Positions 8,816 through 18,866 of a DNA stretch of 64,000 nucleotides are shown here, one piece after another. Every line of letters starts with the position of its first letter. Position 1 is the stretch's first letter. A program made the translations under genes and the position numbers. Below the pieces are notes generated by a model. It was not told the DNA's origin, searched no databases, and saw nothing but the letters and a program-made list of their open reading frames with translations. The stretch spans positions 15,955 to 79,954 of the forward strand of contig JADFYH010000011.1 of assembly GCA_015233135.1 (NCBI GenBank), written 5' to 3'. The DNA comes from Deltaproteobacteria bacterium. Lineage in GTDB: Bacteria; UBA10199; JADFYH01.

Positions 8816-8956
8816 GCCTCAAATCGTATATATAAGCCGCTCTCTATCTGGAAAAAGGCTGCTAGGAAGTCTGGGATCAAAAATGGAAAATTCAAATCTA
8901 TAATAGTTTGGGCGATGCAAAAAAATCTAAATTATTTAAGGGAGTAAAATTGTAAT

Positions 8957-9532
8957 ATGAGTCTCCAACACCTCAACATCAAAATTTTCACAGACGAAAA
9001 CTCCAAACAAATTCCCTTGGGCACTTACCTCCCCATCTTTCACCGCTGGATACAAAATAAAGTGACCAAAGAAATGCTGATTGATGTAGCGGATTATGCC
9101 CATGTCCCCGCGGGGCCAGGCGTGATGCTCATTGGCCATCAAGCCAACATCAGCATGGACAATATCGGCTCTCGCTTGGGCCTGCTCTACAATCGCAAAG
9201 TGGCGGATGAAGGAACGAATGAAGCACTCCTTCGCAAAACTTTAAAGGCGGCACTCACTCATGCCTTGCGTTTGCAAGAAGACGCTGCCGTAAAAGGCAA
9301 ATTGGAATTTTTAGGGAATGATTTGCAGTTCATCGTGAACGATCGGCTGCTGGCTCCAAATACAAAAGAGAATCTGAAAATCTTGCAGCGAGACTTGGCT
9401 GCTGTTTTAGATCTTCTTTTTGGAGATAAAAATTATTCGTTCGAAACCGCTCAGGATTCGCGCGAAAGATTAAACGTAGAAGTAAAAGCAAAAAATAAAG
9501 TCCAGCTTCAAGATCTCATTCAAAAAATTTAA
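8957..9532 (+). CDS. hypothetical protein
   Basis: ORF with a good -10-like ctataat upstream. No recognisable motif. Ends 16 bp before the FtsX-like permease. Confidence 0.5.
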   Translation: MSLQHLNIKIFTDENSKQIPLGTYLPIFHRWIQNKVTKEMLIDVADYAHVPAGPGVMLIGHQANISMDNIGSRLGLLYNRKVADEGTNEALLRKTLKAALTHALRLQEDAAVKGKLEFLGNDLQFIVNDRLLAPNTKENLKILQRDLAAVLDLLFGDKNYSFETAQDSRERLNVEVKAKNKVQLQDLIQKI

Positions 9533-9548
9533 CTTACTCCAAACTCTA

Positions 9549-10700
9549 TTGAAAAATATTTTCAACTCCTTTCCCTATCAGTATCATCTGCGCAATCTCT
9601 TTGCGCGCAAGGCGTCTACCTTGCTGAATCTGTTTGCGGTGATGGTGACAGTGCTGGTTTTTTTGGTGATGAATGGCATGGCGGCAGGCCTCAAGCATTC
9701 CCTGCAATCCACAGGAAGAGAAGATATTTTGGTGCTACTCACACGAGGGGCTCAAACCGCCGAGGTGAGCAAAATTCCCTACGATTTTTTTCCCGTCCTT
9801 AAATATTACCCCCAAATTGCCAAACGGACGGATGGAAGCCCCAAGCTTTCTCAAGAAGTTTATACTTTGAAACCCATGTTGGTGGATGACTCCAAAAATA
9901 GGCGTTGGATTCCCATGCGCGGTATCGATCCTGCAAGCCTGGATTTATACAAAAATCTCCTCCAGCTGGAAGGGAACGCACTTCAAAATAGCCACGATCT
10001 GCTCGTAGGAAATTTGGCACGGCTCAAGCTTGGAAATGTAAAAATTGGAGATCAAATTCAAATCGGAAGGCAAAAACACAAAATCGTAGGTTTTTTCTCT
10101 GCCTCCGGCTCTGCCTACGAAAGTGAGCTATGGATGAGTCGCAATGATCTTAAGGTAGACTTTGATATGAGTTATGATTCTATCGCGGTAGTTCAATTCA
10201 ACTCGCTCAAAAATCGCGACGACTTCATCGATGCCGTGTCGAACGACAAGCGTTTGAGGTTGGATATTAAAACCGAACGCGAGTATTTTTCTTCACTTTC
10301 CGAAAATGCCGGCATTTTGGAATTTATCGCAAATCTCATTGCCATAGTGCTTTCTATCGCCGCTGTCTTCACCGGCATGAATGCGCTCTATGCTTCAGTT
10401 GCCGCGCGCAGCACTGAAATAGGCACGTTGCGCTCCATGGGTTACGGAAGGCAATCCATCCAGCTGGGATTTATGTTCGAAGGGGTGAGTCTGTCACTGC
10501 TCGCGGGCTGCGCGGCCCTTTTGCTTTCCCTCTTTTTTCAACACCTGCCTATCGCCTTTATGCGGGCCTCTTTCCGCATTCAAATTCCTTTTACACTTAT
10601 GATACAAGGCTTTGGGCTGTCGTTTATGGTGGGTTTGATTGGGTCTTATATTCCCGCGAGACAGGCGGCAAAGATGAAGATTGTGCAGGCCTTGCGTTAG
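9549..10700 (+). CDS. ABC transporter permease, FtsX-like (MacB/LolE family)
   Basis: N-terminal transmembrane helix, large periplasmic domain, and C-terminal FtsX 3-helix bundle (GLIGSYIPARQAAKMKIVQALR). Confidence 0.8.
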   Translation: MKNIFNSFPYQYHLRNLFARKASTLLNLFAVMVTVLVFLVMNGMAAGLKHSLQSTGREDILVLLTRGAQTAEVSKIPYDFFPVLKYYPQIAKRTDGSPKLSQEVYTLKPMLVDDSKNRRWIPMRGIDPASLDLYKNLLQLEGNALQNSHDLLVGNLARLKLGNVKIGDQIQIGRQKHKIVGFFSASGSAYESELWMSRNDLKVDFDMSYDSIAVVQFNSLKNRDDFIDAVSNDKRLRLDIKTEREYFSSLSENAGILEFIANLIAIVLSIAAVFTGMNALYASVAARSTEIGTLRSMGYGRQSIQLGFMFEGVSLSLLAGCAALLLSLFFQHLPIAFMRASFRIQIPFTLMIQGFGLSFMVGLIGSYIPARQAAKMKIVQALR

Positions 10701-11368
10701 CTAAAATTCCCTTCTCCTAGGGTAGGAAAGGGTCGGGGTGAGGTACGAAAAGATTCGGAACTTTCAATACTCAGCAGGTTGTGACCTTCTTCAAAACTCC
10801 AATGAATACTCAAATAATTTTCCCCCTGGATACCATTGACCGAATAACCTCGGGGTTCAAATAAATGATTTTGAAACTGAAAGCCCGGCCATTTGTTTTT
10901 TAGATTTAGAAAAGTTTCAATGTTGCGAATTTGTTCAGCCAGATCGCCTGAAAAAATTTCGTTGCACTGAGCATCTTCCACCGAAAAAATTTCAAGCCAG
11001 CTGGTTTTCGATTCTAAAGTAAAATTTTTTACCCCCTCCAGACCCCGTTCTTCATAATGATACTGGATCCCCTTTCCCGGAAAAGGCGCTTGTTCCAAAA
11101 GCCTTAAAGGATTTCCTCCGCCGCAGGTAATTAAAATAAAGTGATGGGCAAAGACAAAGAGACTGGATTCCGACAATAAATAGGCATCGATTTGTGGGTT
11201 TGAAAAGGAGCTCAGAATCTTCACCCCACAAGGGCGCAGCAATTCACTCCAATTTTTTTGTCGAAAATTTATCGTCTCATTATTTACAATTTCAAGTCGT
11301 TTCTCGATCAGGGTCATAAGCAATTTTATACTTTCTTCAAAACCTGTTTTGCCGCTTCCACTCCCCAA
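10697..11368 (-). CDS. S-adenosylmethionine decarboxylase proenzyme, eukaryote-type (class 2) homologue, short form
   Basis: YLLSESSLFVFAHHFILITCGGG matches the proenzyme autocleavage/pyruvoyl site of class 2 AdoMetDC (human [21 protein letters not shown]). FEESIKLL resembles the N-terminal FEGxEKLLE strand. PRGYSVNGI...YLSIHWSFE matches PCGYSMNGM...YWTIHITPE. The start codon is TTG at 11368, with an alternative ATG at 11317. Overlaps the oxidase gene by 43 nt. Confidence 0.7.
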   Translation of the reverse strand: MGSGSGKTGFEESIKLLMTLIEKRLEIVNNETINFRQKNWSELLRPCGVKILSSFSNPQIDAYLLSESSLFVFAHHFILITCGGGNPLRLLEQAPFPGKGIQYHYEERGLEGVKNFTLESKTSWLEIFSVEDAQCNEIFSGDLAEQIRNIETFLNLKNKWPGFQFQNHLFEPRGYSVNGIQGENYLSIHWSFEEGHNLLSIESSESFRTSPRPFPTLGEGNFS

Positions 11369-12921
11369 TATTGGGCCTCTTCAAAAATGGAAATCCCACT
11401 TAAGTCGGAATGGGCAAAAAATATTTTATTATGGATAGCCTTAATACTTTGTCTTTCTTTCCCCCAAATAAAACCCGGTTTTGGTCTTATCATCGCGTGT
11501 CCCCAAACCCACACTTGGATGTCTTCAATTTCAGTTTCCAATTCCGGATGCACTTTGAGAAAATCGTCCAAAATTAATTTCTTCCATTCTTCAGGACCTC
11601 GCGCAAAGGCATTCTGTCTTTCTTCTTCTACAGACTTTTCACAAAGAGGATAATAAAAAGTCAGTACCGTTTGGTGAGGATGGCTGTCCAGGCTTTGATG
11701 TGTCGCCACCACATAGCCCAGGGATTTGCTCTGATAGAAGACATTGTCCCAGGCAAGTGGTGTTCCACGGCCTTCTGGCATCTTTTTTAAACTGAGGTTT
11801 GCCACCATCCAGGGGGCGTAAGAAAAATTCTCTATCGCTTCAGGCTTGTGATTTCGGTAAGCCAAAAAAACTTTTGAAAAGGTAAACTGGGGACCTGCAT
11901 AAATAATCTGATCTGCTTTCCAGAGAATACTGCAATTATTTTTAGAGTCCCAAGATTTTGCCCAAATAAGATTTTCCTTTTCTTCAAGTTCAAATACTAG
12001 CTGTCCCTTGAGAATTTTTTCAGGAAATTTTTCACTTAATCGTTTTGCTATCCATGCATTTCCTTCTGGCCAAGTGAGTACAGAAGCTTCTTTGCTGCGT
12101 GCCGCAAAATAATGCAAGCCTGCCCAGGCAGAGCTTTGATCCAATTTGCAGCCATAGTCATCTCGGCAGGCATAATCCAGATACCAAAGTAAGAGGGTCG
12201 ATTGATAACCTTGCTGCTTCAGATATTCTGCGAAACTGATTTGATCCAACTCAATCCATTCTGGATCTTGAGAAGAATAGGCAATGGGGATAGCGAAGAG
12301 TTTTTTTCCGTCTTTTCCACGCGCAAGCCGAAGCTCATCAACCCACCGAAAAAATCGTTCGTATTCTTTTTTGTCTTGGGCGCTTGCTCCCAGTTGAGGC
12401 AGTAGACCTTCTTGCCATTGGCCATGCAGAAAGAGCCTCTCGTTAGGATCGGCGCATAGAACGTAAGGGCTATAACGAGGCTCACCGTTTTGATCATAAG
12501 TTTCGATGAGCCCCAGCTCTTCAAAAAGTTCCCGAACATAAATGGCCTCAGAACCAGGCGTAGGCACATAATGCGCACCCCAAGGATAGGCGGAAATTTG
12601 ATTTTGTCCCGAATGCGCATTTCCACCCACGTAATCTTCCAGTTCTAACAAGGTAAAATCTTCATAGGCATTTCGCTTCAACCACCAAGCTGCGGAGAGT
12701 CCCGCAATGCCTGATCCCACAATTAATGTTTTGACTTGCCGAATTTCCGAGGGCTCCGGAAAATCTCCCCAGCGCAAACGATGCCCCGCTTGGGCATTAG
12801 GACCTAAAATTTGAAGAGGAATTTCTTTTTTTGATTTTCCAAAAAAAAACTTCCCCGTAGCCAATGCTCCCAGACCAACAAGAGAGTAGAATATAAATTG
12901 TCTGCGGCTGATAGAAGTCAT
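11326..12921 (-). CDS. FAD-dependent amine oxidase-like oxidoreductase with twin-arginine signal
   Basis: RRQFIFYSLVGLGALA Tat-type signal. GSGIAGLSAAWWL dinucleotide-binding motif and ELEDYVGGN typical of flavin amine oxidases. Confidence 0.75.
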   Translation of the reverse strand: MTSISRRQFIFYSLVGLGALATGKFFFGKSKKEIPLQILGPNAQAGHRLRWGDFPEPSEIRQVKTLIVGSGIAGLSAAWWLKRNAYEDFTLLELEDYVGGNAHSGQNQISAYPWGAHYVPTPGSEAIYVRELFEELGLIETYDQNGEPRYSPYVLCADPNERLFLHGQWQEGLLPQLGASAQDKKEYERFFRWVDELRLARGKDGKKLFAIPIAYSSQDPEWIELDQISFAEYLKQQGYQSTLLLWYLDYACRDDYGCKLDQSSAWAGLHYFAARSKEASVLTWPEGNAWIAKRLSEKFPEKILKGQLVFELEEKENLIWAKSWDSKNNCSILWKADQIIYAGPQFTFSKVFLAYRNHKPEAIENFSYAPWMVANLSLKKMPEGRGTPLAWDNVFYQSKSLGYVVATHQSLDSHPHQTVLTFYYPLCEKSVEEERQNAFARGPEEWKKLILDDFLKVHPELETEIEDIQVWVWGHAMIRPKPGFIWGKERQSIKAIHNKIFFAHSDLSGISIFEEAQYWGVEAAKQVLKKV

Positions 12922-13005
12922 AAAAGTAATTTCTAGAACTACGCCCTGGAAACTTGACTGACAATCAAAACATGCTACTCGTCGCTTGATTTCAAAGGAG
13001 GATTT

Positions 13006-13659
13006 ATGAAAAAAATTGGCGTCATCCTTTCAGGTTGTGGACATCAGGATGGAAGTGAAATCCACGAGGCGGTTTTTACTTTATTGGCCATTGATCAGGC
13101 CAATGCAGAAGCGGTGTGCATGGCCCCTGGTATTTTGTTGGAGGAAGTGAATCATTTAACCGGAGAGAACACTGGGCAAAAAAGAAATGTCCTGCTCGAA
13201 TCGGCCCGCATTGCACGGGGAAAGATCAAAGACATTGTTCAAGTGCGGGCTTCCGATCTGGACGCGCTCATTTTACCAGGGGGGTTTGGAGCGGCAAAAA
13301 ATCTTTGTGATTTTGCTTCCAAGGGTGCTGAAGCAAAAGTTCAACCTGAAGTTGCTCGCTTGGTCAAAGAAATGTTTTTGGCCAAGAAACCTATTGGCGC
13401 CATCTGCATTGCTCCTGCAACACTCGCTGCAATTTTAGGTTCAGAAGCTCATCCTGTTTTAACCATTGGAAAGGATAGTGGCACGGCAAAGGCCTTGGAA
13501 AAAATGGGGGCCACACATCAAGTATGCGAGGTGAAAAATTTTGTGGTGGATGAAAAAAACAAAATCGTCACAACTCCTGCCTACATGCTCGCCAACAGAA
13601 TTTCCGATGCCTACGAAGGCATAGAAAAATTGGTAAAAGCAGTGATTCGTTTGGCTTAA
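13006..13659 (+). CDS. elbB: isoprenoid biosynthesis/glyoxalase ElbB (DJ-1/PfpI family)
   Basis: N-terminus MKKIGVILSGCGHQDGSEIHEAV is the ElbB signature. About 217 aa. Confidence 0.85.
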   Translation: MKKIGVILSGCGHQDGSEIHEAVFTLLAIDQANAEAVCMAPGILLEEVNHLTGENTGQKRNVLLESARIARGKIKDIVQVRASDLDALILPGGFGAAKNLCDFASKGAEAKVQPEVARLVKEMFLAKKPIGAICIAPATLAAILGSEAHPVLTIGKDSGTAKALEKMGATHQVCEVKNFVVDEKNKIVTTPAYMLANRISDAYEGIEKLVKAVIRLA

Positions 13660-13837
13660 GACGTTTCCTTTGAATTGTGATCTCCCTCCGTTTTTTTATA
13701 AAAAATCATCTAAAACAAATGATCAAATCAATGGGATGTATTTTTTGCTCTATCACCCTCTTCAGCACTGCCATTTATTGACAGTTGAGAAAAACCAACC
13801 ACCACCAAACTTTTAAAAATGAAAAACTTGTGCCCGG

Positions 13838-14167
13838 TTAAAGTATAGAAGCAGCTTCTTGCAGTACTTCAGATACCCAACTGTTCAAACTTTGACCTTT
13901 GATCTTTGAGGCGAGATAAACTTTACGATGTTGTTCAGGAGTAAGACGAATGACAAATTTTCCTGTAAAAGGTTTGTCAGGTTCTTCGCCTCTTTCTTGG
14001 CAGAATTCAAGATAGTCGTTGATAGACTGGTGGAATGCTTTTTTTAACTCATTAACCGACTTCCCTTGAAAGGTAACGACATCACGGATGCCTAAAACTT
14101 CCCCATGAAAGATATCTGCTTCATCATCGAATTCAATTTTTCCCGTATAACCCTTATATTCCATCAT
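13838..14167 (-). CDS. hicB: HicB-family antitoxin
   Basis: About 109 aa with HicB-like N-terminal fold and C-terminal RHH-like segment (FVIRLTPEQHRKVYLASK). Overlaps hicA by 4 nt. Confidence 0.85.
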   Translation of the reverse strand: MMEYKGYTGKIEFDDEADIFHGEVLGIRDVVTFQGKSVNELKKAFHQSINDYLEFCQERGEEPDKPFTGKFVIRLTPEQHRKVYLASKIKGQSLNSWVSEVLQEAASIL

Positions 14168-14418
14168 GGTGCAACTCCTGCTGTGGTTAAAAATCGCCTC
14201 ATAGAAACTAAGACACCTTTGTCCGTTTCCTTCCTAGGGTGAGGTCGATGAAAAACGGCACGAATGTCATTTAAGGCAATTCGAACTCGAGAACCATTTC
14301 CCTCAGAAATTTCTGCACCGCAAGATTTTAAAAGGGCTTCGATATCTTTCCAAACCACGTTGGAACGAACGGGGTTTGCAAATATAGCTTCGAGAGTTTT
14401 GCGATGCTTCGATTGCAT
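14164..14418 (-). CDS. hicA: HicA mRNA-interferase toxin
   Basis: 84 aa. KHRKTLEAIFANP...GSRVRIAL...FHRPHP matches HicA. Confidence 0.85.
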   Translation of the reverse strand: MQSKHRKTLEAIFANPVRSNVVWKDIEALLKSCGAEISEGNGSRVRIALNDIRAVFHRPHPRKETDKGVLVSMRRFLTTAGVAP

Positions 14419-14449
14419 AGTTTACAGTATCAGATAGTGATACTATTTT

Positions 14450-15397
14450 TCAATAAGAATAAAAAACATACTGCAAAAGCTTCGCATCGAACAATCCCCT
14501 CAAATCTTTTTCTTCGGTCATTTCATATAAATTTCCATACGCGTCTTCGATGCTGATGGAATCGAGCTTTAACACCATCAAACGCCCTTTTAAATCAGGC
14601 TCTGCGCGTGAAACATAAAGCGTACAATCGAAATAAGTTCCCTTCAGGGTAGAGCTACAGCGGGCTTGAAGAATATCCACACGAGTTCCATCTAAATAAA
14701 GTTTAAAAAACACCTTCAAGGAATTTAAGTCCAGAGCCTGTTGATCATCATGGGTGACAAGCCTGAAATAGATTTCTCCCCGGGCCCAATGTCCAAAAGT
14801 TTTTATCTTTTGCTGCAAAGGACTTTTAGAAATAATCTTCTCAAAAACAAATGGATTGCGCTCTGCTTTCTGAGCCTCAGTAGCCTCTAAATCGATGACC
14901 GGAATCTTTGGCAAATCTTCCAGCTCTTCTCTCAAGCTGATGTGCCGATTTTTAGAAAGAATTAAATCGAGTTCCGTTAATTGATATTTCCCGGCATTTA
15001 TCTTTTTTGGAATTTTTATACTCCCCCCATAACATCCCGCGGAATCCGGTTTTAAGCCTTTCAGTTGATATGAAGTAGCCCCCGTTAACTTTCCCTCGCC
15101 TGAATTGGGAACAAGTTCCAATTCAATCTTTTGTAAGTAAGGTAAATAGGCCGCTATTTTGGGGTAGGAGGAATTGAGTTTAAAACAAAAATTGACCGTG
15201 TCGTCCGCTAAAGCATGCACCGATTCTTGATCGGGTTTTAATTCTTTGAAATAAAAGAAAAGTTCTCCTAAGTGAGAACTGGGGTCTAAAGAAATACTCT
15301 CTTGTGATTCGGCAGGGCTTTCGCTTTGAGCCCAAAGGAAACCTGAAGGAGAAAGGATCAGGGTAATAAAAAATAAAAAAAAATGGGGGGTTTTCAT
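14450..15397 (-). CDS. secreted hypothetical protein
   Basis: Start moved to MKTPHFFLFFITLILSPSGFLWAQS (signal peptide). No recognisable domain. Confidence 0.5.
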   Translation of the reverse strand: MKTPHFFLFFITLILSPSGFLWAQSESPAESQESISLDPSSHLGELFFYFKELKPDQESVHALADDTVNFCFKLNSSYPKIAAYLPYLQKIELELVPNSGEGKLTGATSYQLKGLKPDSAGCYGGSIKIPKKINAGKYQLTELDLILSKNRHISLREELEDLPKIPVIDLEATEAQKAERNPFVFEKIISKSPLQQKIKTFGHWARGEIYFRLVTHDDQQALDLNSLKVFFKLYLDGTRVDILQARCSSTLKGTYFDCTLYVSRAEPDLKGRLMVLKLDSISIEDAYGNLYEMTEEKDLRGLFDAKLLQYVFYSY

Positions 15398-15454
15398 GAA
15401 CTTTTGACTTACTGAAACTGGGTTAAAGGGGCAACTTAAAAAATACACTTTGAA

Positions 15455-18358
15455 ATGAATGGCGAAAAAACAATTCATCAAAGTGCTAGAAATAATTTTT
15501 CATATGGTATAGGGTCCCCAGTCCCTATGAAAACGCCCAAAGAACAATCCGAGACAAATGAAGGTTTATGCTTCGATTACGCCATTAGTTATGATGCCCG
15601 TCGCCAGAACTTGTGGATCAAGATCTTTCACAACGGCAAGATCATCACCCGCTTTGAGCGCTATGGAATCAACGTTTTTAATTTAAACGACAGGTCCATT
15701 ACCTCCAGTGTTCTCAATTACTCCCATCGTTTTTTTATCCAGCACTTGTTACGCTTTGGTCAGGTGGATTCCTGGGAAAACTGCTATGTGGTGCCTCGGG
15801 CCCAGGCTGGCTTCTTCATTGGCAAGTTGAATAAATTTGAAAAAGTGACGCAACTGCAGGATGGAAAAGTGGTTTCTTTTGCGGAGTCTTCTTTGGCCTT
15901 CAAGGTGAAGCTAAAAAGTGAAAATCTGGTGCCTCTCAAGTTGGAGGCTTCCTTCTTCGATCCTCAAAATAATAAAAAGATTGCTTTTGCGGCGAGTGTT
16001 ATTTTTCCTTCTTCCAGGCCCTGGATTTTATTCCAAGGCAGCTACTATCCTATCCGCCATTCTCTTGTTACCGACTTGCTTCCAGAATTTGATGCAGAGG
16101 GGAACCTGGAAATAAAGGGTGGGCGTGCTGCCAAATTTTTTGAAGAAGAGTTTGGTGTACTGGTGGAACAACAGGAAATTGAAGTTCCTGAAGGTTTTAT
16201 CTCGCCTCTTTTTGAAAGATTTGATCCCGAACCGCGTTGTCAAATTTCTGAAGATCGCAAAAAAGAGGAACTGACCCTTACCCTGCAGTTCGCTTATGGC
16301 CCACATTTGCTCATTCCTTACCAAAACGAACAGGATATTGTCGCAGAGAGGATGCACGAAGGTAAAAAGGTTATTTTATGTCGTAATCTTAGCTTTGAAA
16401 AAAGTATCTTGGAAAAATTCATTAAACAAGGTTTTAAGCGTGTGGGGCCCGATTTGTTTAGCACAGGAGGAGATCAGGCTTTAGACTTTGTCTCTACCGT
16501 GCTTCCCGAACTCAAGGAAGAGGCGGAGGTCTCTGGCGAAGATTCACTCAAGCGCTTTCAGGTGTTTACACATTTGGGAGGAGAACAGCTTTCTGCAAAG
16601 GCTTCCTTTCCCAGCATGGATTGGTTTTCTCTTGATTTGAAATTCAGCGTGGACGATTGGGAAGTGTCTTTCGAAACGATTTTAGCCTTGGCCCAACAAG
16701 ACAAGCGTTATTTGTATGTGCCTGGAAAAGGCTATGCGCGCATCGACAAAGAAGAAATCCTCAAGATCCAACAAAGCCTGGAAGAGCTGGAAGCGAAGAA
16801 AGATGAGCAGGGGCTACTGAAGCTTTCCCGTTTTCATGCACCCTATTTAGACAGCCTGTTCAAGATCAATTGGCAGGGCGAAGAGGCCTTACATCAAGCT
16901 CTCGACCGCTTTAGGCTGCATGAAGGCATTCAGGAAAAACCCATCCCTGCAACCTTGAAGGCCACCCTCAGAGATTATCAAAAACAGGGTTTTGCCTGGT
17001 TGCATTTTTTGAAAGATCACAATTTTCATGGTGTTTTGGCCGATGACATGGGTTTGGGGAAGACCGTGCAAGCCCTTGCCTATCTGCTTGATCAACGGAT
17101 CGAAAAAGGCCAGGCCCCTTGTCTGGTGCTGGCACCCACCTCCGTCGTGTTTAACTGGGGAGCAGAATCCGAAAAATTTACCCCCGAATTGACGACCATT
17201 CTCTATACCGGAGATCAACGTAAAAAATTCAGAGATCAACTCACGCAGGTCGATATCGTACTCACCAGTTACGCCCTGTTTCGTCGTGAAGCGGAGATGT
17301 TTCAATCGATTAAATGGCGCACGCTGATTCTGGATGAAGCGCAGAATATCAAAAATCATCGCAGCAAGACTGCGGCCTTGGTGAAAGAAATCAAGGCCAG
17401 TCAGCGATTCGCCTTAACGGGAACTCCCTTGGAAAATTCATTGGCTGAACTTTGGTCTATTTTCGATTTTCTCATGCCGGGTTTTTTGGGCTCGCACACA
17501 CACTTTAAGCGCACCTACGAAAAACCTATTGAGTCGGATCAAAGCCAGGACAGCCTCGATCGTTTGCGTCGACGGATTTTTCCTTTTGTGTTGCGGCGTC
17601 ATAAAAGTGAGGTGGCTAAAGAACTTCCTCCTAAGACAGAAATTCAGCAGTTCTGCGAGATGAGCGAAGAGCAAGCCAAACTCTACAAGGAAATTCTCTT
17701 GTCGTCGCGAAAAATGGTGTTTGATGAAGTGGAGTACAAGGGAATCGAAAAAAGCCAGGTCTCTATTTTAACCGCCCTGCTGCGCCTTCGGCAGATCAGT
17801 TGCCATCCTTATTTGTTGGGCGATCGTTTTCTGAAAGGTAGAAAAATCGAATCGGGCAAATTTGAGAATTTCAAGGAATTGCTCCAGGAAATCATCAGCG
17901 AAAAACATCGGGTGATTGTGTTCAGCCAATTTGTGGAAATGCTGGGGGTACTTCGGCGCTGGATGGACGAAGAAAAGATCGTCTATGAGTATCTGGATGG
18001 CCGCACGCGAAAGCGCGAAGAGCATATTAAAAACTTCCAGACAAATCCCGATATTCCGGTGTTTCTCATTAGTCTCAAGGCCGGAGGGACGGGGCTAAAT
18101 CTCACCGAAGCCGATTACGTCATCCACTACGACCCCTGGTGGAACCCTGCCGTAGAAGACCAGGCCACCGACCGCGTACACCGTATTGGGCAAACCAAAC
18201 AGGTATTTTCTTATAAATTGATTACCAAAGGCAGTGTCGAAGAAAAAATTCTCACCCTTCAGGAACGCAAAAGAAACTTGTTCCTGGGTGTAATGAAGTC
18301 CGATTCCCCTCTGGGTAAAAAGTTGACGGTGGAAGATCTGGAATATTTGTTTTCGTGA
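15455..18358 (+). CDS. SNF2-family (SWI2/SNF2) DEAD/DEAH-box helicase with long N-terminal SNF2-associated region
   Basis: Motif I LADDMGLGKTVQ, motif II ILDEAQNIKN, helicase-C motifs (LISLKAGGTGLNL, QATDRVHRIGQ). About 480 aa precede the ATPase core. Start codon uncertain. Confidence 0.85.
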   Translation: MNGEKTIHQSARNNFSYGIGSPVPMKTPKEQSETNEGLCFDYAISYDARRQNLWIKIFHNGKIITRFERYGINVFNLNDRSITSSVLNYSHRFFIQHLLRFGQVDSWENCYVVPRAQAGFFIGKLNKFEKVTQLQDGKVVSFAESSLAFKVKLKSENLVPLKLEASFFDPQNNKKIAFAASVIFPSSRPWILFQGSYYPIRHSLVTDLLPEFDAEGNLEIKGGRAAKFFEEEFGVLVEQQEIEVPEGFISPLFERFDPEPRCQISEDRKKEELTLTLQFAYGPHLLIPYQNEQDIVAERMHEGKKVILCRNLSFEKSILEKFIKQGFKRVGPDLFSTGGDQALDFVSTVLPELKEEAEVSGEDSLKRFQVFTHLGGEQLSAKASFPSMDWFSLDLKFSVDDWEVSFETILALAQQDKRYLYVPGKGYARIDKEEILKIQQSLEELEAKKDEQGLLKLSRFHAPYLDSLFKINWQGEEALHQALDRFRLHEGIQEKPIPATLKATLRDYQKQGFAWLHFLKDHNFHGVLADDMGLGKTVQALAYLLDQRIEKGQAPCLVLAPTSVVFNWGAESEKFTPELTTILYTGDQRKKFRDQLTQVDIVLTSYALFRREAEMFQSIKWRTLILDEAQNIKNHRSKTAALVKEIKASQRFALTGTPLENSLAELWSIFDFLMPGFLGSHTHFKRTYEKPIESDQSQDSLDRLRRRIFPFVLRRHKSEVAKELPPKTEIQQFCEMSEEQAKLYKEILLSSRKMVFDEVEYKGIEKSQVSILTALLRLRQISCHPYLLGDRFLKGRKIESGKFENFKELLQEIISEKHRVIVFSQFVEMLGVLRRWMDEEKIVYEYLDGRTRKREEHIKNFQTNPDIPVFLISLKAGGTGLNLTEADYVIHYDPWWNPAVEDQATDRVHRIGQTKQVFSYKLITKGSVEEKILTLQERKRNLFLGVMKSDSPLGKKLTVEDLEYLFS

Positions 18359-18374
18359 TTTTTTTACGCCTGTC

Positions 18375-18402
18375 TTGACTTGTTTAAAATATTCTTTATG
18401 AT
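18375..18402 (+). promoter_or_regulatory. sigma70-like promoter for the wHTH-nucleotidyltransferase-recQ operon
   Basis: TTGACT (18375-18380), 16-nt spacer, TATGAT (18397-18402), about 55 bp upstream of the first ORF. Confidence 0.45.
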
Positions 18403-18458
18403 AACAACGCCTGCTTGTAAGTCATTATGTTAATAATAATTAGTTATTTCAATATATT

Positions 18459-18866
18459 ATGAAATCAAGTGATTTGAACATTTTAGAGAAATTATCTCTT
18501 TCAGGAGTGGTTCATCGAGATGAAGTGAAAAATTATGGGCGGGAATTAAAAAAATTAATCAAATCTGGATTTGTGAAAGGCGCCTGGAAAAAGGGTTATG
18601 TTTATTATGAACTCACCCAAAAATCCCTTCCCTTGTTGGAGGAGCGACGACAACAGCTTTGGCACCTAGCCAAATTAAAACATCTGCTTTCTCCTAGCTC
18701 CCAAGTTTATTGGGCTTTAGTCGAGGATATACGTTTCCTCAATGTTAAACATCCAGAAGCAAAAAAATTTCAATTTTTGGGAGACTGGCAACTCAAACGC
18801 CCTTGTGTTTCGGGGCAGCTGACTCTCGCTCAATATCGTTATTATCGGGAAAAGAAACTTGTATGA
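18459..18866 (+). CDS. winged-helix-like hypothetical protein (AbiEi-like antitoxin/regulator candidate)
   Basis: N-terminal region resembles a wHTH (LNILEKLSLSGVVHRDEVKNYGRELKKLIKSGFVKGAWKKGYVYYELT). Its stop overlaps the next start in an ATGA. Confidence 0.5.
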   Translation: MKSSDLNILEKLSLSGVVHRDEVKNYGRELKKLIKSGFVKGAWKKGYVYYELTQKSLPLLEERRQQLWHLAKLKHLLSPSSQVYWALVEDIRFLNVKHPEAKKFQFLGDWQLKRPCVSGQLTLAQYRYYREKKLV

